Below are positions 39,641 to 52,335 of a stretch of DNA of 64,000 nucleotides, piece by piece. The stretch is taken from assembly GCF_006345805.1 (NCBI RefSeq), contig NC_042999.1:19902001-19966000 (forward strand), in the 5' to 3' direction. The first letter of the stretch is position 1, and each line of letters begins with the position of its first letter. The DNA is from Octopus sinensis. Lineage: Eukaryota. A program made the translations under genes and the position numbers. A model generated the notes under the pieces. That model was not told the DNA's origin and ran no database searches. It worked only from the letters and a program-made list of their open reading frames with translations.

Positions 39641-40746
39641 GCATACATACACACATCTACATATAGAAACATGTAATATTTATACAAGTATACAGCTATA
39701 CATGCTCAACTATGTGTGTAGATGTGTGTGTGTGTGTGTGTACATATACCAAGTTATTGCAAAGAACATTAAAATAATTACATTCCGTTCTATGAAAATT
39801 TTATATATATATATATTAGATAACAAAAAAAAATTGATTTCTCAAATCATACATCAGACCTTTGGCAACTTAAGTCCTATCCAAGAGGAACTTACTGCAA
39901 AACTTGCAATATATTACGTATTCACAACCCTACAGCCAAAAGAATTGAGTAATATTAATCTTTCACCGTTGAAATACCTTCTGATCTTTCCAATTATGAA
40001 AGGAATTTCACTGTAGGAAATTTATATAATTTAAAGTAATCATTTCATATCTGTTTTTATCATGTTTTACCTTCCTTTCATCATCTCTTCATTTCCCATC
40101 TCACTCCACGACTCTATCTTAGCTTACTCAAGCAAACCTTAACTATCTTCATTTCTAGTTTTCATTTGGCCTGCCTTTGATCTGCTTAACAACCCCTAAC
40201 AACCTGCAGCATATATATTTATCTAATTTTCATCATCCTTTCTCACCTACTGTCCGTACTAATCAGACTTATTTCCTATATAGCAGTTGATACCTTTTAT
40301 TCCTTAAATTTATGATTAACTGACTCTGCAATTTAGTTTCCTTTAAGCTGCTTTTACTATCAAATAGGCAGCACAAATTGAAATTCAAAGGTCTTTTCCC
40401 CTCCCCTTTTCAATATTCAACATTTAGAGAAATATTTCACATCTTCATTTCACCGTTTTACATTGCCTATGAGAATTACATGTCATAGCTATTACAATTC
40501 TAATTTGAAACCCCCTTACTAATTCTTTATTGATTATATGCTATCACAAATATGACATATTTCATCCGTTAAATTTACAGCTTAGACAAACTAACAGGGT
40601 TATTCTTGTTATTTCATGGCTAAATTTCTTTAAAAGAATTCTCTCTCACTAAACTAAAATGTAACCCTGAGTCAAAGAAGGTGCCATTTCTTGGTAATTC
40701 AATCTGCAAGAAGTAGCAATCAAATCTCTCCTTATGTCATACTCTA

Positions 40747-41170
40747 CATCATCATCTTTATTGTTTAATGTCCGTTTTCCATGCTAGCATGGTTTGGATG
40801 GTTCAACCGGGGTCTGGGATGCCAGGAAGCTGCACCAGGCTCCAGTCTGATCTGGCAGGGTTTCTACAGCTGGATGCCCTTTCTAATGCCAACCACTCCA
40901 TGAGTGTAGTGGCTGCTTTTTACGTGCCACTGGCAAGGGTGCCAGGGGAGGCTGGCAACAGCCACGATTGGTTGGTGCTTTTTATGTGCCACTGGCATGG
41001 AAGCCAGTCAAGGTGGCGCTGGCATTGGCCATGTTTGGATGGTGCTTTTTATGTGCCACCAGCACAGGTATCACAACTACAATTTCCATTTGATTTTTAT
41101 TTTGATGTTGATATACTTGACTCAGTAGGTCTCCTCAAGCACAGCAAGTTACCCTACGACCCAAGGTAGG
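40747..41170 (-). mobile_element. Family E retroelement tail
   Basis: catcatc..tttaatgtccgttttccatgctagc..ctacagctggatgccctt..repeat units. Confidence 0.85.
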
Positions 41171-41411
41171 CACAGCAAGGTTTCAAAATAGAGATAGTTT
41201 ATCTCAGATTAAAATATTTAACATCTATGCTTGAGAAGACAGGCTGGAATACTTTTCATGATACAGGATTTTGATTGACACTAATCTGTGCCGAATTATA
41301 GTAGCTTACCTTTCAGCTTATTTTAGAAATATGCTTGAGTCCATAAAATAGGATTTGACTACACCTCCATTTAGAGCACAGTTTAAGCTATCTTTACATG
41401 GAAATTGTTGT

Positions 41412-41745
41412 TAAGATACCAATGCCAGTGACACATAAAAAGCACCGTCTGAGCGTGGCAGATGCCAGCGCCGTCTGACTGGTGTCCATGTCAGTGACAC
41501 ATAAAAGCACCAACTGAATGTGGCCGTTTGCCAGCCTCCTCTGGCCCCTGTGCCGGTGGCATGTAAAAAAACACCCACTACACTCACGGAGTGGTTAGCG
41601 TTAGGAAGGGCATCAGGCTGTAGAAACACTGCCAGATCAGATTGGTGCCTGGCGCAGCCTCCTGGCTTCCCAGCCTCTGGTCGAACCGTCCAACCCATGC
41701 TAGCATAGAAGATGGATGTTAAACGATGATGATGATGATGATGAT
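41412..41745 (+). mobile_element. Family E retroelement tail
   Basis: ..gttaggaagggcatcaggctgtagaaac..gttaaac(gat)n. Confidence 0.85.
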
Positions 41746-42306
41746 AACCAAGGAAAACCTGAAGAGACAGATTCAAAAGAACTGTCGGTTTTCAGATTCT
41801 GTCAATAGTATTTTTGACTAAGTTGTACAAAAATATAATATGATCAAATAACAGTCATTGCAAAATATGAGTCTGTATACATGTCTGTGTATGTGTTTGT
41901 ATGTGTGTGTGTTGATAACAACCTAGAAACCGACGTATTTTTAGGAATTATGCTTCTTGATGTTCATGCAAAACCCTAATGCTTGCTTAGGTGAAAAGGG
42001 AAATGAATATAAAACATGCATAACTTACAATAACATTGTCTTTAATAGGATTGCAACAAATCAATAGAAAATATAATGTTTCTAAACTACAGGTTGTTTT
42101 CTGAGAACAATTTGGTATATTTGGAAACAAAGGTATTATTTAGTCAAAAGCAACAGACAGAAAACATGAACAGTATTGAATGTAGAGGGTTTCAACAATA
42201 GAATTTACCAGACCAACTCCCCACCTGTATTGTTCCTGTGAATACTAAACCACAGGAAACGTAATTTTATATATGTGGTAGTTACAGTTGTGTGTGTGTG
42301 TGTGTA

Positions 42307-42339
<33 letters not shown>

Positions 42340-42544
42340 GTGTGTTTAATAGTGAATTATGTAATATGGAAATCAGGGAAGACGGCAACCATTCACATAC
42401 AATGAATTTTGTGGTAGTCAATGGGATCATATTATTTTTATGTTTATATACAAAGGAATCACTATTGTTATCGATATCAGTGAAAATAATATCAAATTAA
42501 GTAAAAATGTGTGAAAATTGATACCTTGGAGGTTAACTTATAAT

Positions 42545-43195
42545 ATTGGTTTCAAATTTTGGCACAAGGCCAGCAATTTCAGGGGTGGAAGTAAGTCGAT
42601 TACATCAAACCCAGCGTTCAATTAGTACTTATTTTATCGACCCCCAGAAGGATGCAAGAATAAGTCAACTTCAGCAGAGTTTGAACTCAAAATGTAAAGA
42701 TGGACGAAATGCCACTAAGCATTTTGCTCAGTATGTTAACGATTCTGCCAGCTTGCATCCTTTAAGAGTAACCTAAAATACTGATTTCAAATTTTAGCAC
42801 AAGGCCAGCAATTAAGCTGATTACATCTGTCTAACAGGTACTTATTTTTATCAACTCTGAAAGGATGAAAAGCAAAGTCAACCTCGGTCAAATTTGAACT
42901 CAGAACCGTTAAGTATTATATTTGGCATGCTAACTCTTCTGCCAACTCATTGCTTTAAGGGTAACCTAAAATATCAATAATAATCTTTGCTATTCTAGAC
43001 ACAAGGCCTGAAATTTTGGGGAGGGGGCCAATAGATTACATCAACCCCAGTACAGAAATGGAACTTAATTTATGAACCTAGAAAAGATGTAAGGCAAAGT
43101 TGACCTCAGTGAAATTTGAACTCAGAATATGAAGTCAGACGAAAATACCACTAAGCATTTTGCAAGGCATGCTAAAATTTCTGCCTTGAAATATC
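42545..43195 (-). mobile_element. Cluster of three diverged SINE family B copies
   Basis: Three caaggcc..gattacatc..acttattttatc..aagtcaac..tttgaactca modules. Confidence 0.75.
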
Positions 43196-43204
43196 AATAA
43201 TAAT

Positions 43205-43548
43205 ATAATGCTGAGATACCCCCTTCGGTCATGACTGACCATGGGATTGCACCTAGGAAGTTACCTTTCCAGGCACAAGTCCGGGCAAGGTTGTTTATGG
43301 AAGACCAGCAGTCATCCATGCATACCAGCCTCCCCTCTCCACGCCACCAGTGTTATACAAGGGAAAGGCAACGGCCGATACAGTTTGGCACCTGTGACAT
43401 CGCAACTCATTTCTACTTTGAGAGAACTGGAACAACATGAAATAAAGTGTCTTGCTCAAGAACACAACATGCAGCTCGGTCCGGGATTCGAACTCACAAC
43501 CTCATGATCGTAAGCTCAATGCTCTAACCACTGAGCCGTGTGCCTTCA
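43205..43548 (-). mobile_element. SINE family D-related copy
   Basis: tRNA-like head (gcacacggctcagtggttagagcattgagcttacgatc..gagttcgaatcc) and CORE-like cttgagcaagacactttatttc. Confidence 0.8.
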
Positions 43549-43643
43549 ATAATATAATATTAATGTGGATTAGAATGAGGTATAGAAAAAATTTCACAAG
43601 TTTGAAAAAGCTGAACACAGTGCCTTATCCTTTAATAAATAAA

Positions 43644-44027
43644 GGTGCAGGAGTGGCTGTGTGGTAAGAAGCTTGCTTACCAACCACATGGTTGCGTGTT
43701 CAGTCCTACTGCATGGCACCTTGGGCAAGTGTATTCTACTATAGCCTCGGGATTTGATAGATGGAAACTGAAAGAAGCCCATCGTATATATGTATATGTA
43801 TATATATATGTGTGTGTGTGTTTGTGCTTGTCCTCCCCTCTTCATCGCCTGACAACTGATGCTGGTGTGTTTACATCCCGTAACATAGCAGTTCAGCAAA
43901 AAAGACCAATAGAATAAGTACTAGGCTTACAAAGACTAAGTCCTGGAGTTGATTTGCTTGACTACATGTGGTGTTCCAGCATGGTCACAATCAAATGACT
44001 GAAACAAGTAAAAGAGTAAAAGAGAGT
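43644..44027 (+). mobile_element. SINE family A, full length
   Basis: Collinear with the other family A copies. Confidence 0.88.
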
Positions 44028-44751
44028 AGAATGTTCATATCATGCATAACAAATAATATATTTTACAGGATCTTGTCATATCGGTTATATGTGTATATCA
44101 TATGTTATTATTTAGAACCATTGCGATATGTTATAATCATTTAACTCAGGGAATGTATAAGATGTTAAATTAAAAGAAAGTGTGTAGAAGTGAATGTAAG
44201 CTAGAATATAAATTATTAAGTGGTAAATTTAAAGTGAATTAAAATAAAATAGAGTTATGAAAAGGGGATACTAGAAATGATAAATGGATGTTAGAAATTT
44301 GAATGAGTAGATTCAGGAGATAATATAATCTGAAATGATTATTGGGTATGAGAAAATAATTAGGGCAGTTTTGAGGTGGTTATTAAATAAATTGTGATAA
44401 CATTAAGTACGTCAATATAAAATGAATGGAATTTAATAAATTTATAGTTTGACAATTTAATAATTAAATATGAAGAATTAGAGAGGGAGTAAACTGAGAT
44501 TATATTTTAAACCACTAAATTTAATTAGTAAAAAAAGTGGGCCTCTAGCAGAGTCTAAGTTCTCAGTTTGTCAGTTATTAATGCGTGCGTTCTTTGTGAT
44601 ATTCTAATATAGTTGGAAAGCTGTAATGATGAAGAAAGAAACTGGTGTAAGAATAGTATTGTTGGTGCCTACAATGAACTTTGGACTGGGTAAATTTTCT
44701 TTAACCCTCCCCCTCCTCCTCCTCCTCCTCCTCATCATCATCATCATACTC

Positions 44752-44982
44752 TTTTACTCTTTTACTGGTTTCAGTCAGTTGACTGTAGCCATGCTGGAGC
44801 ACTGTCTTTAGTCGAGCAGATCGACCCCAGGACTTATTCTTTGGAAGCCTAGTACTTATTCTATCGGTATCTTTTGCTGAACCACTAAGTTACAGAGGAC
44901 GTAAATGCACCAGCATCGGTTGTCAAGTGATGTTGGGGGGGACAAACACAGACACACAAACATATACACACAAGTAGATATG

Positions 44983-45032
<50 letters not shown>

Positions 45033-45192
45033 TACGACGAGCTTCTTTCAGTTTCCGTCTACCAAATCCACTCACAAGGCTTTGGTCAGCCCGAGGCTAT
45101 AGTAGAAGACACTTGCCTAAGATGCCATGCAGTGGAACTGAACCCAGAACCATATGGTTAGTAAGCAAGCTACTTACCACACAGCCACTCCT
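44752..45192 (-). mobile_element. SINE family A, full length
   Basis: Reverse complement of family A. Confidence 0.9.
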
Positions 45193-45528
45193 ACACCTAT
45201 ACCTTTTCATAACACAGTAGTCTTTTGACTATCACAGGTATTACATTCCAAAACCTCCCACAGAAATAATTAACCTCTAAAAAAATATAAGTGCTTATTG
45301 GCAAACATATATTTAAATGTTACTAGCCTTCTGACGTGCACTCATTCAAATAGGTACCCCACATTAACCAGCAAATCCTTTGCCACAGGTCTTCTACTCA
45401 AGCATAGCACATTGCCATAGGTCCTGGTCATTTGTCAGTGCCTACATGAGGCCCAGTGCTTGAAAGGTGCTTTTGTTGTGCCACTGACACATTGTTTTAT
45501 ATTTTTTTCTGTTTTTGCTTTTCTTTGT

Positions 45529-45988
45529 GCCAGTCCCACTGTGTGGCACCTTGGACAAGTATCTTCTACTATAGCATCGAGCCAACCAAAGCCTTGTGAG
45601 TGGATTTGGTAAATGGAAACTAAAAGAAACCTGTCATATATATGTATATATGTATGTGTGTGTTTCTGTCTGCTTACAAGGCTTTGGTCAGCCCGAGGTT
45701 ACAGTAGAAGACACTTGTCCAAGGTGCCACGCAGTGGGACTGAACCCAGAATCATGTGGTTTGTAAGCGAGCTACTTTGTGTGTCTGTGTTTGTTACCCC
45801 AACATCGCTTGTCAACCGATGCTGGTGTGTTTACGTCCCCGTAACTTAGCGGTTTGGCAAAAGAGACCGATGGAATAAATACTGGGCTTTCAAAGAATAA
45901 CTCCTGGGATCGATTTGCTCAACTAATGGCGGTGATCCAGCATGGCCACAGTCAAATGACTGAAACAAGTAAAAGAGTAAAAGAGTAA
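45529..45988 (+). mobile_element. Rearranged SINE family A with an internal inverted head segment
   Basis: Plus-strand head 45531-45650, minus-strand head 45672-45775, plus-strand tail 45776-45988. Confidence 0.8.
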
Positions 45989-46261
45989 GCTTTTTTTCTG
46001 ATTTCTCTGCAAGCGGAACTGAGAACCAAAATCAGCAACAATGGGGTAACATCTATAATATAATATATCACAGCAAGCTATAGATCCTACGAATTCGTTA
46101 TCTTGAATCCCATTGCAAATCATTAAACTTCCTTTCCTCACTTCATTTAATACTCAACCCATGTTACAATTTAAACTCGCAACAGACTGAATAACACAAA
46201 AAGACTAAAGCCATTAAAATTAAATTCTCCTTGTATAAAATAAAATGTTCTGTTTTATTGT

Positions 46262-46678
46262 GTGGCTGTGTGGTAAGTAGCTTGCTAACCAACCACATGG
46301 TTCCGGGTTCAGTCCCACTGCGTGGCATCTTGGGCACGTGTCTTCTGCTATAGCCCCGGGCCGACCAATGCCTTGTGAGTGGATTTGGTAGACGGAAACT
46401 GAAAGAAGCCTGTCGTATATATGTATATATATATAAGTGTATGTGTATATGTTTGTGTGTCTGTGTTTGTTCCCCTAGCATTGCTTGACAACCGATGCTG
46501 GTGTGTTTACGTCCCCGTAACTTAGCGGTTCGGCAAAAGAGACCGATAGAATAAGTACTGGGCTTACAAAGAATAAGTCCCGGGGTCGATTTGCTCGACT
46601 AAAGGCGGTGCTCCAGCATGGCCGCAGTCAAATGACTGAAACAAGTAAAAAGAGTAAAAAGAGTAAAGAGTAAAGAGA
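46262..46678 (+). mobile_element. SINE family A, full length, young subfamily
   Basis: Near-identical to 10783-11215 outside the microsatellite. Confidence 0.92.
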
Positions 46679-47314
46679 GTACTAATGTACAAACTTATAA
46701 AATACAGTTTTATTTTCGTATTCAATAGACTGTAGCATTTTTCTGACAATGAAGAAAATAATAAAATGTATTTACATCTGTTTAAATTTCCACAGCTAAA
46801 GTTTAAAAACTATATTTCAACTATCATATTTCTCAGGTTTACTAAATAATGCTGTGTTGTGTATAAATATTGATTAATTACACTATAGTATGCCTATTAA
46901 TCTAGCCATTACAGCTAAGTTTGGTTTGTTTGTTATATAAGGTTATTTGCCTTGAGCACTTATCATGAGCATTGGAAAGAGTGTCCCCTAAAAATTTGTC
47001 AATACTTAATGAAACACGTCAGCACAATCTTCCATTATGTTTTCTGTATTTAAAGATATCAACATTAAGTATTCACATTAGTTCAAAGTTCCTCAGCTAA
47101 GATCTTAGAAACAATCGTTTAACTACTTAAAATGTATCTTAAGTTTTCTACTACACACTATGTGCATAAATATCAGACAAATTTTATATATTTGGAAATA
47201 TAAATAATAGATTTAAAAAGTTTAAATGTTCAAAATATCTTGTAGCAAGGATATTTGGCATTCCTAAAATGCCTTGAAATTGAACCTGAATCACTGTTTC
47301 TAATGTCAAAGCAC

Positions 47315-48900
47315 CTAAACAACATGATCCTGATTCACTCAAATATTCATGAAGTCATCAAAAAAACTGACCACTCAGCACACAAGCTAAACAGGATCTC
47401 ATTAAACAGTTTAATATTTGGTACACTTATCTTTTTATAAGATTAGTTATATATTTAGTGTGTTTAAGTCACAAAGAGAGTGGAGCTGTGTCTGTAACAA
47501 TCAAGACAATGAATAATGAGAATGGTAAAATAAATGATGATGGCGGCAGCAACCTCACAGCATCAACACCTATTGCAATTTCTGATTCAAACAAATAAGC
47601 ACTGCAACCTTACCTTTCAACAACATGGCAACTGTCATTATCAACTGTTGCAAGATTATTATACACAAACTTCAAATTAACTTAATGTAAATTCCTTTTC
47701 TGCCATTCATGGTACAACTAAACAACAAGATCCTGATTCACTCAAATATTCATGAAGTCATCAAAAAAACTGACCACTCAGCACACATACTAAACAGGAT
47801 CTCATTAAACAGTTTAATATTTGGTACACTTATTTTTTTATAAGATTAGTTATATATTTAGTGTGTTTAAGTCACAAAGAGAGTGGAGCTGTGTCTGTAA
47901 CAATCAAGACAATGAATAATGAGAATGGTACAATAAAGGATGATGGCGGCAGCAACCTCGCAGCATCAACACCTTTTACAATTTGTGATTCAAACAAAGC
48001 AGGACTGCAGCCTTACCTTTCAACAACATGGCAACTGTCATTCTTAACTGCTGCAAGATTATTATACACAAACTTTGAATTAACTTAATATAAATTCCTT
48101 TTCTGCCATTCATGGTACAACTCAACAACAAGATCCTGATTCACTCAAATATACATGAAGTCATGAAAAAAAATGACCACTCAGCACACAAGTTAAACAG
48201 GATCTCATTAAACAGTTTAATAATTGGTACACTTGTTTTTTATAAGGTCAGTTATATATTTAGTGTGTTTAAGTCACAAAGAGAGTGGAGCTGTGTCTGT
48301 AACAATGAAGACAATGAATGGTGAGAATGGTACAATAAATGATGATGGCGGCAGCAACCTCACAGCATCAACATCTATTGCAATTTCTGATTCAAACAAA
48401 TAAGCACTGCAACCTTACCTTTCAACAACATGGCAACTGTCATTATCAACTGTTGCAAGATTATTATACACAAACTTTAAATTAACTTAATGTAAATTCC
48501 TTTTCTGCCATTCATGGTACAACTAAACAACAAGATCCTGATTCACTCAAGTATACATGAAGTCATGAAAAAAAATGACTACTCAGCACACAAGTTAAAC
48601 AGGATCTCATTAAACAGTTTAATATTTGGTACACTTATTTTTTCATGAGATCAGTTATATATTTAGTGTGTTTAAGTCACAAAGAGAGTGAAGCTGTGTC
48701 TGTAACAATCAAGACAATAAATGATGATAGCGGCAGCAACAACACAGCATCAACACCCATTACAATTTGTGATTCAAACAAAGCAGCACTTCAGCCTTAC
48801 CTTTCAACAACATGGCAACTGTCATTCTCAACTGCCGCAAGATTATCATACACAAACTTCGTATTAACTTAATGTAAATTCCTTTTCTGTCATTCACGGT
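47315..48900. repeat. Tandem array of four ~403-bp units
   Basis: Anchor gatcctgattcactc at 47326, 47729, 48132 and 48534; the last unit has an internal deletion of about 21 bp. Confidence 0.95.
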
Positions 48901-49831
48901 AATGGTAATATATAGTTAACAATATAAATACATTGCATTTAGAATCGCAATGAAATTTGTGTTCTTCCTATCAACTTTGACTCAGCCAAATCACCACATT
49001 GATGACACACAGGCAGAAATACCTTATAGTTACAATCCTTTCTATGCAAAATTCGGCTAATGCTGAGTATCAATTAAGTAATTGGAAATTGTTAAATAAA
49101 ATTTCTTAGGTTTCTGGAAATACAAAGCTTTCAATGATTTTATATTCATTGCGTAAAGTTTTACGAACAGAATTTTCTATTTCATACTGAGGTACAATTG
49201 AATTTAAATTCCAAATATGGTTCCATAGAGAGATATTCACTTTTCTTGCTTTCATTTTCTAAATGTGAATGTGGAGAAAATTGTTCGACAAACTAGGAAC
49301 CGAATCGGTATGTGAATTTGATGTTGTATTAGTACTGATCGTGGCACAATGCATTAAATTCTTTGGCCTTACAATTTGATGCTGGTACAATTACAGTTAT
49401 ATATCATCATCATCGTCATCATCATCTTCATTGTCGTCATCGTTTAACATCTGCTCGCCATGCTGACATCGATTGGACAGTTTGAAAAATGGAGATGGCT
49501 AGCAGTGTCAACTGTCGGTTGTAGCATGGTTTCTACTGCTAGATCCCTTTCTAATATCAGGAGTCACCAAACTTTTTCACAGCAGGAGAGATAATTGAGA
49601 AAATGACAAACATGGGCCACAATAACCATTTTGTTCAATACGATACAGTGAATGATCAAAAAAATAATGACAACCAACAAATTTATTTACCAAAATGTTA
49701 TCAAAAAAGGTGACATTAACAATAAGGTATATCACACCCATTGTGAACACATCCGGATCTCACAAACTAAGCAGCTAAAAATATTAGTGAGATTTATGAA
49801 ATTGGCATTTAGCCTTTAAGATATCTCTCTT

Positions 49832-50089
49832 TTTTACTCTTTTACTTGTTTCAGTCATTTGACTGTGGCCATGTTGGAGCACCGCCTTTAGTCGAGCAAA
49901 TCGATCCTAGGTCTTATTCTTTTCAAGCCTAGTACTTATTCTATCGGTCTCTTTTGCCAAACTGCTAAGTTATGGGGATGTGAACACACCAGCATCGGTT
50001 GTCATGCGATGTTGGGGAGACAAATACAGACACACAAACATATATACATACATACCTATATATCATCATCATCGTTTAACATCCATATG

Positions 50090-50129
<40 letters not shown>

Positions 50130-50295
50130 TATGCGACGGGCTTCTTTCAGTTTCCGTCTACCAAATCGACTCACAAGGCTTTGGTCGGCTCGAGGCTATA
50201 GTAGAAGACACTTGCCCAAGGTGCCATGCAGTGGGACTGAATCCAGAACCATGTGGTTCATAAGCAAGCTACTTACCACACAGCCACTCCTGCAC
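49832..50295 (-). mobile_element. SINE family A, full length
   Basis: Reverse complement of family A. Confidence 0.9.
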
Positions 50296-50299
50296 CTAT

Positions 50300-50935
50300 C
50301 AATATTTGTTTTGGAATTGCTGCATCCAACCAAGAGAATTGCTTTCAAATGTTCATCAGTCAACCTCGTTCAATGGGCTCATTTCACATACTTCATTTTT
50401 GCAAATGCTTTCTCACAGACATAGGTCATTCCAGACACTGATGCCATACCAGAGGTAAATTTCTTCAACTTTGAAAATTCATTATCAGGTAAACAGCGAT
50501 AAAATTCAATAAGTTTTCATTCTCTATGCTTCTTTTTCAATAAGTTATTCACATGCAAATCAATGAACACTAACAGTAGTTCGATTGGCACATCGTCAAG
50601 GTTACAAATAAATGGATTCTGTAACAGAAGAATGTCACTCTCAATTCTGTTGAGATCTGAAAATCACTCCCAAAAAATGCTTATTGAAGTCACAAATAAT
50701 CTTCTAAGAAAACTCAAGGTTAACATCTGTAATTCCAGCAAAAAACCCTTTGAAACACTGAAAATGAGAGAAGTTCCCTCCTTCCAGTTGTGCTTCAAAC
50801 AATGGTATCTTTCTCCAAAATCCTTTGATGATTCTGTAGAGATCAAAGATAAGGTTATTCTTTTCCTGAAGTTTCAAGTTCAATTCATTCATGTAGGATG
50901 TGATGTCAACCAAAGAAGCAACCCATTCCAGCCAA
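50300..50935 (-). pseudogene. hAT transposase C-terminal remnant (Charlie/SPIN/GTF2IRD2-like)
   Basis: VDITSYMNELNLKLQEKNNLIFDL...LFEAQL...NFSHF and EFSKLKKFTSGMASVSGMTYVCEKAFAKMKYVK*AH*TRLTDEHLKAIL, with stops. Confidence 0.88.
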
Positions 50936-51129
50936 GGATTGATCGCAGTCTTCTACAGCTCCACTTCATAATCTGAATTGAGCCTAAGACTCTGCTCCGG
51001 AAGCTGTTGGATAAAAGCCAACATGCAGACACAATCAGAACACCTTTTGTGTCCATTCACATTGGCCATAGTTTTGTAGTTTCCGCTGCAGCTCTTGATG
51101 TCCCAACTTGATACCTGGCATAGAGTTAC

Positions 51130-51420
51130 CGGCATATAAATTCTGAGAATTCATCTATGAAGCAATTGCCACAGCTCCCCTTCAGGGTTGGCAAAAGCGA
51201 TGTGGTGGACAACGAAAACCTGGCTGATGACAGTCAAGGCTGATCTGGAATCCAACCTGGGGCCCCATGTCTATGGCGTTTGCTGCTGGAATAAGGAGTG
51301 GTTGGAGATCATGTGGTCGTTAGCCTCAAATCGCCAAGTCTGGTCGGCATTTGTGAGAGATGCAGCATTGAAAATGAATGAAGCCAGCTCAACCCACCCC
51401 GGGTGAATACTGGCTCAAGA
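51130..51420 (+). pseudogene. RTE-clade LINE 3' fragment (paralog of 30455-30790)
   Basis: KTWLMTVKADLESNLGPHVYG...WNKEWLEIMWSLASNRQVWSAFVRDAA...STHPG*. Confidence 0.8.
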
Positions 51421-51774
51421 CAAGACAAGATATAAATTCCCCACTTGGATGGGACACAAGTCCATCTCAAGATTACTTATTTTTGCCAGATCTGTATGAA
51501 GCTGGCCTCCCATCTTCCCCAAGTCATAGTCCTGCAAATTGCACAGTGATCTCAACAGTGCAGGTGACACAAAAAAAACCACCCAGTCCATGTTGTAAAG
51601 TGGCTGGCATTAGGAAGAACACCCTACCATAAAAATACATACCAAAACAGACTTTGGAGCTCCATGTAGCCTTTGGAGACATTGGTTTCTTGCAAGCCAT
51701 CCAATTCAAACCATACCAGCATGGAACATTTATGTTAAAGGATGATGAGGAATTATAAATATATAATATAAATA

Positions 51775-52195
51775 GGCGTAGGAGTGGCTGTGTGGTAAGT
51801 AGCTTGCTTACATACCACATGGTTCCGGGTTCGGTCCCACTGTGTGGCACATTGGGCAAGTGTCTGCTACTATAGCCTCGGGCCTACCAAAGCCTTGTGA
51901 GTGGATTTGGTAGACGGAAATTGAAAGAAGCCCATCGTATATATGTATATATATATATATGTGTTTGTATGTGTGTGTATATGTTTGTGTGTCTGAGTCT
52001 GTCCCACCAACATCGCTTGACAACTGATGCTGGTGTGTTTATGTCCCCGTAACTTAGCGGTTCAGCAAAAGAGACCAATAGAATAAGTACTAGGCTTACA
52101 AAGAATAAGTTCTGGGGTCAATTTGCTCGACTAAAGGCGGTGCCTCAGCATGGCCACAGTCAAATGACTGAAACAAGTAAAAGAGTAAAAGAGTA
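51775..52195 (+). mobile_element. SINE family A, full length
   Basis: Collinear with the other family A copies. Confidence 0.92.
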
Positions 52196-52335
52196 TATAA
52201 GCTGTGTTACATACGAAGGATCTGGCCATTGAAGATATATTAATGTCAAATGGAAATATTATTTTGGATCTATATCCAAACACTGTAGTGATAGAAGAGA
52301 ATAGGCACTCCAGCTATTTCTCATTTTATTTATAA

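Noticed and set aside
47861-48088. Cadherin-like reading of the 403-bp unit ORF (DDGGSNLAASTPFTICDSN)
   Set aside because: Lacks the DXNDN, LDRE and other cadherin motifs; the frame is stopped in two of four units.
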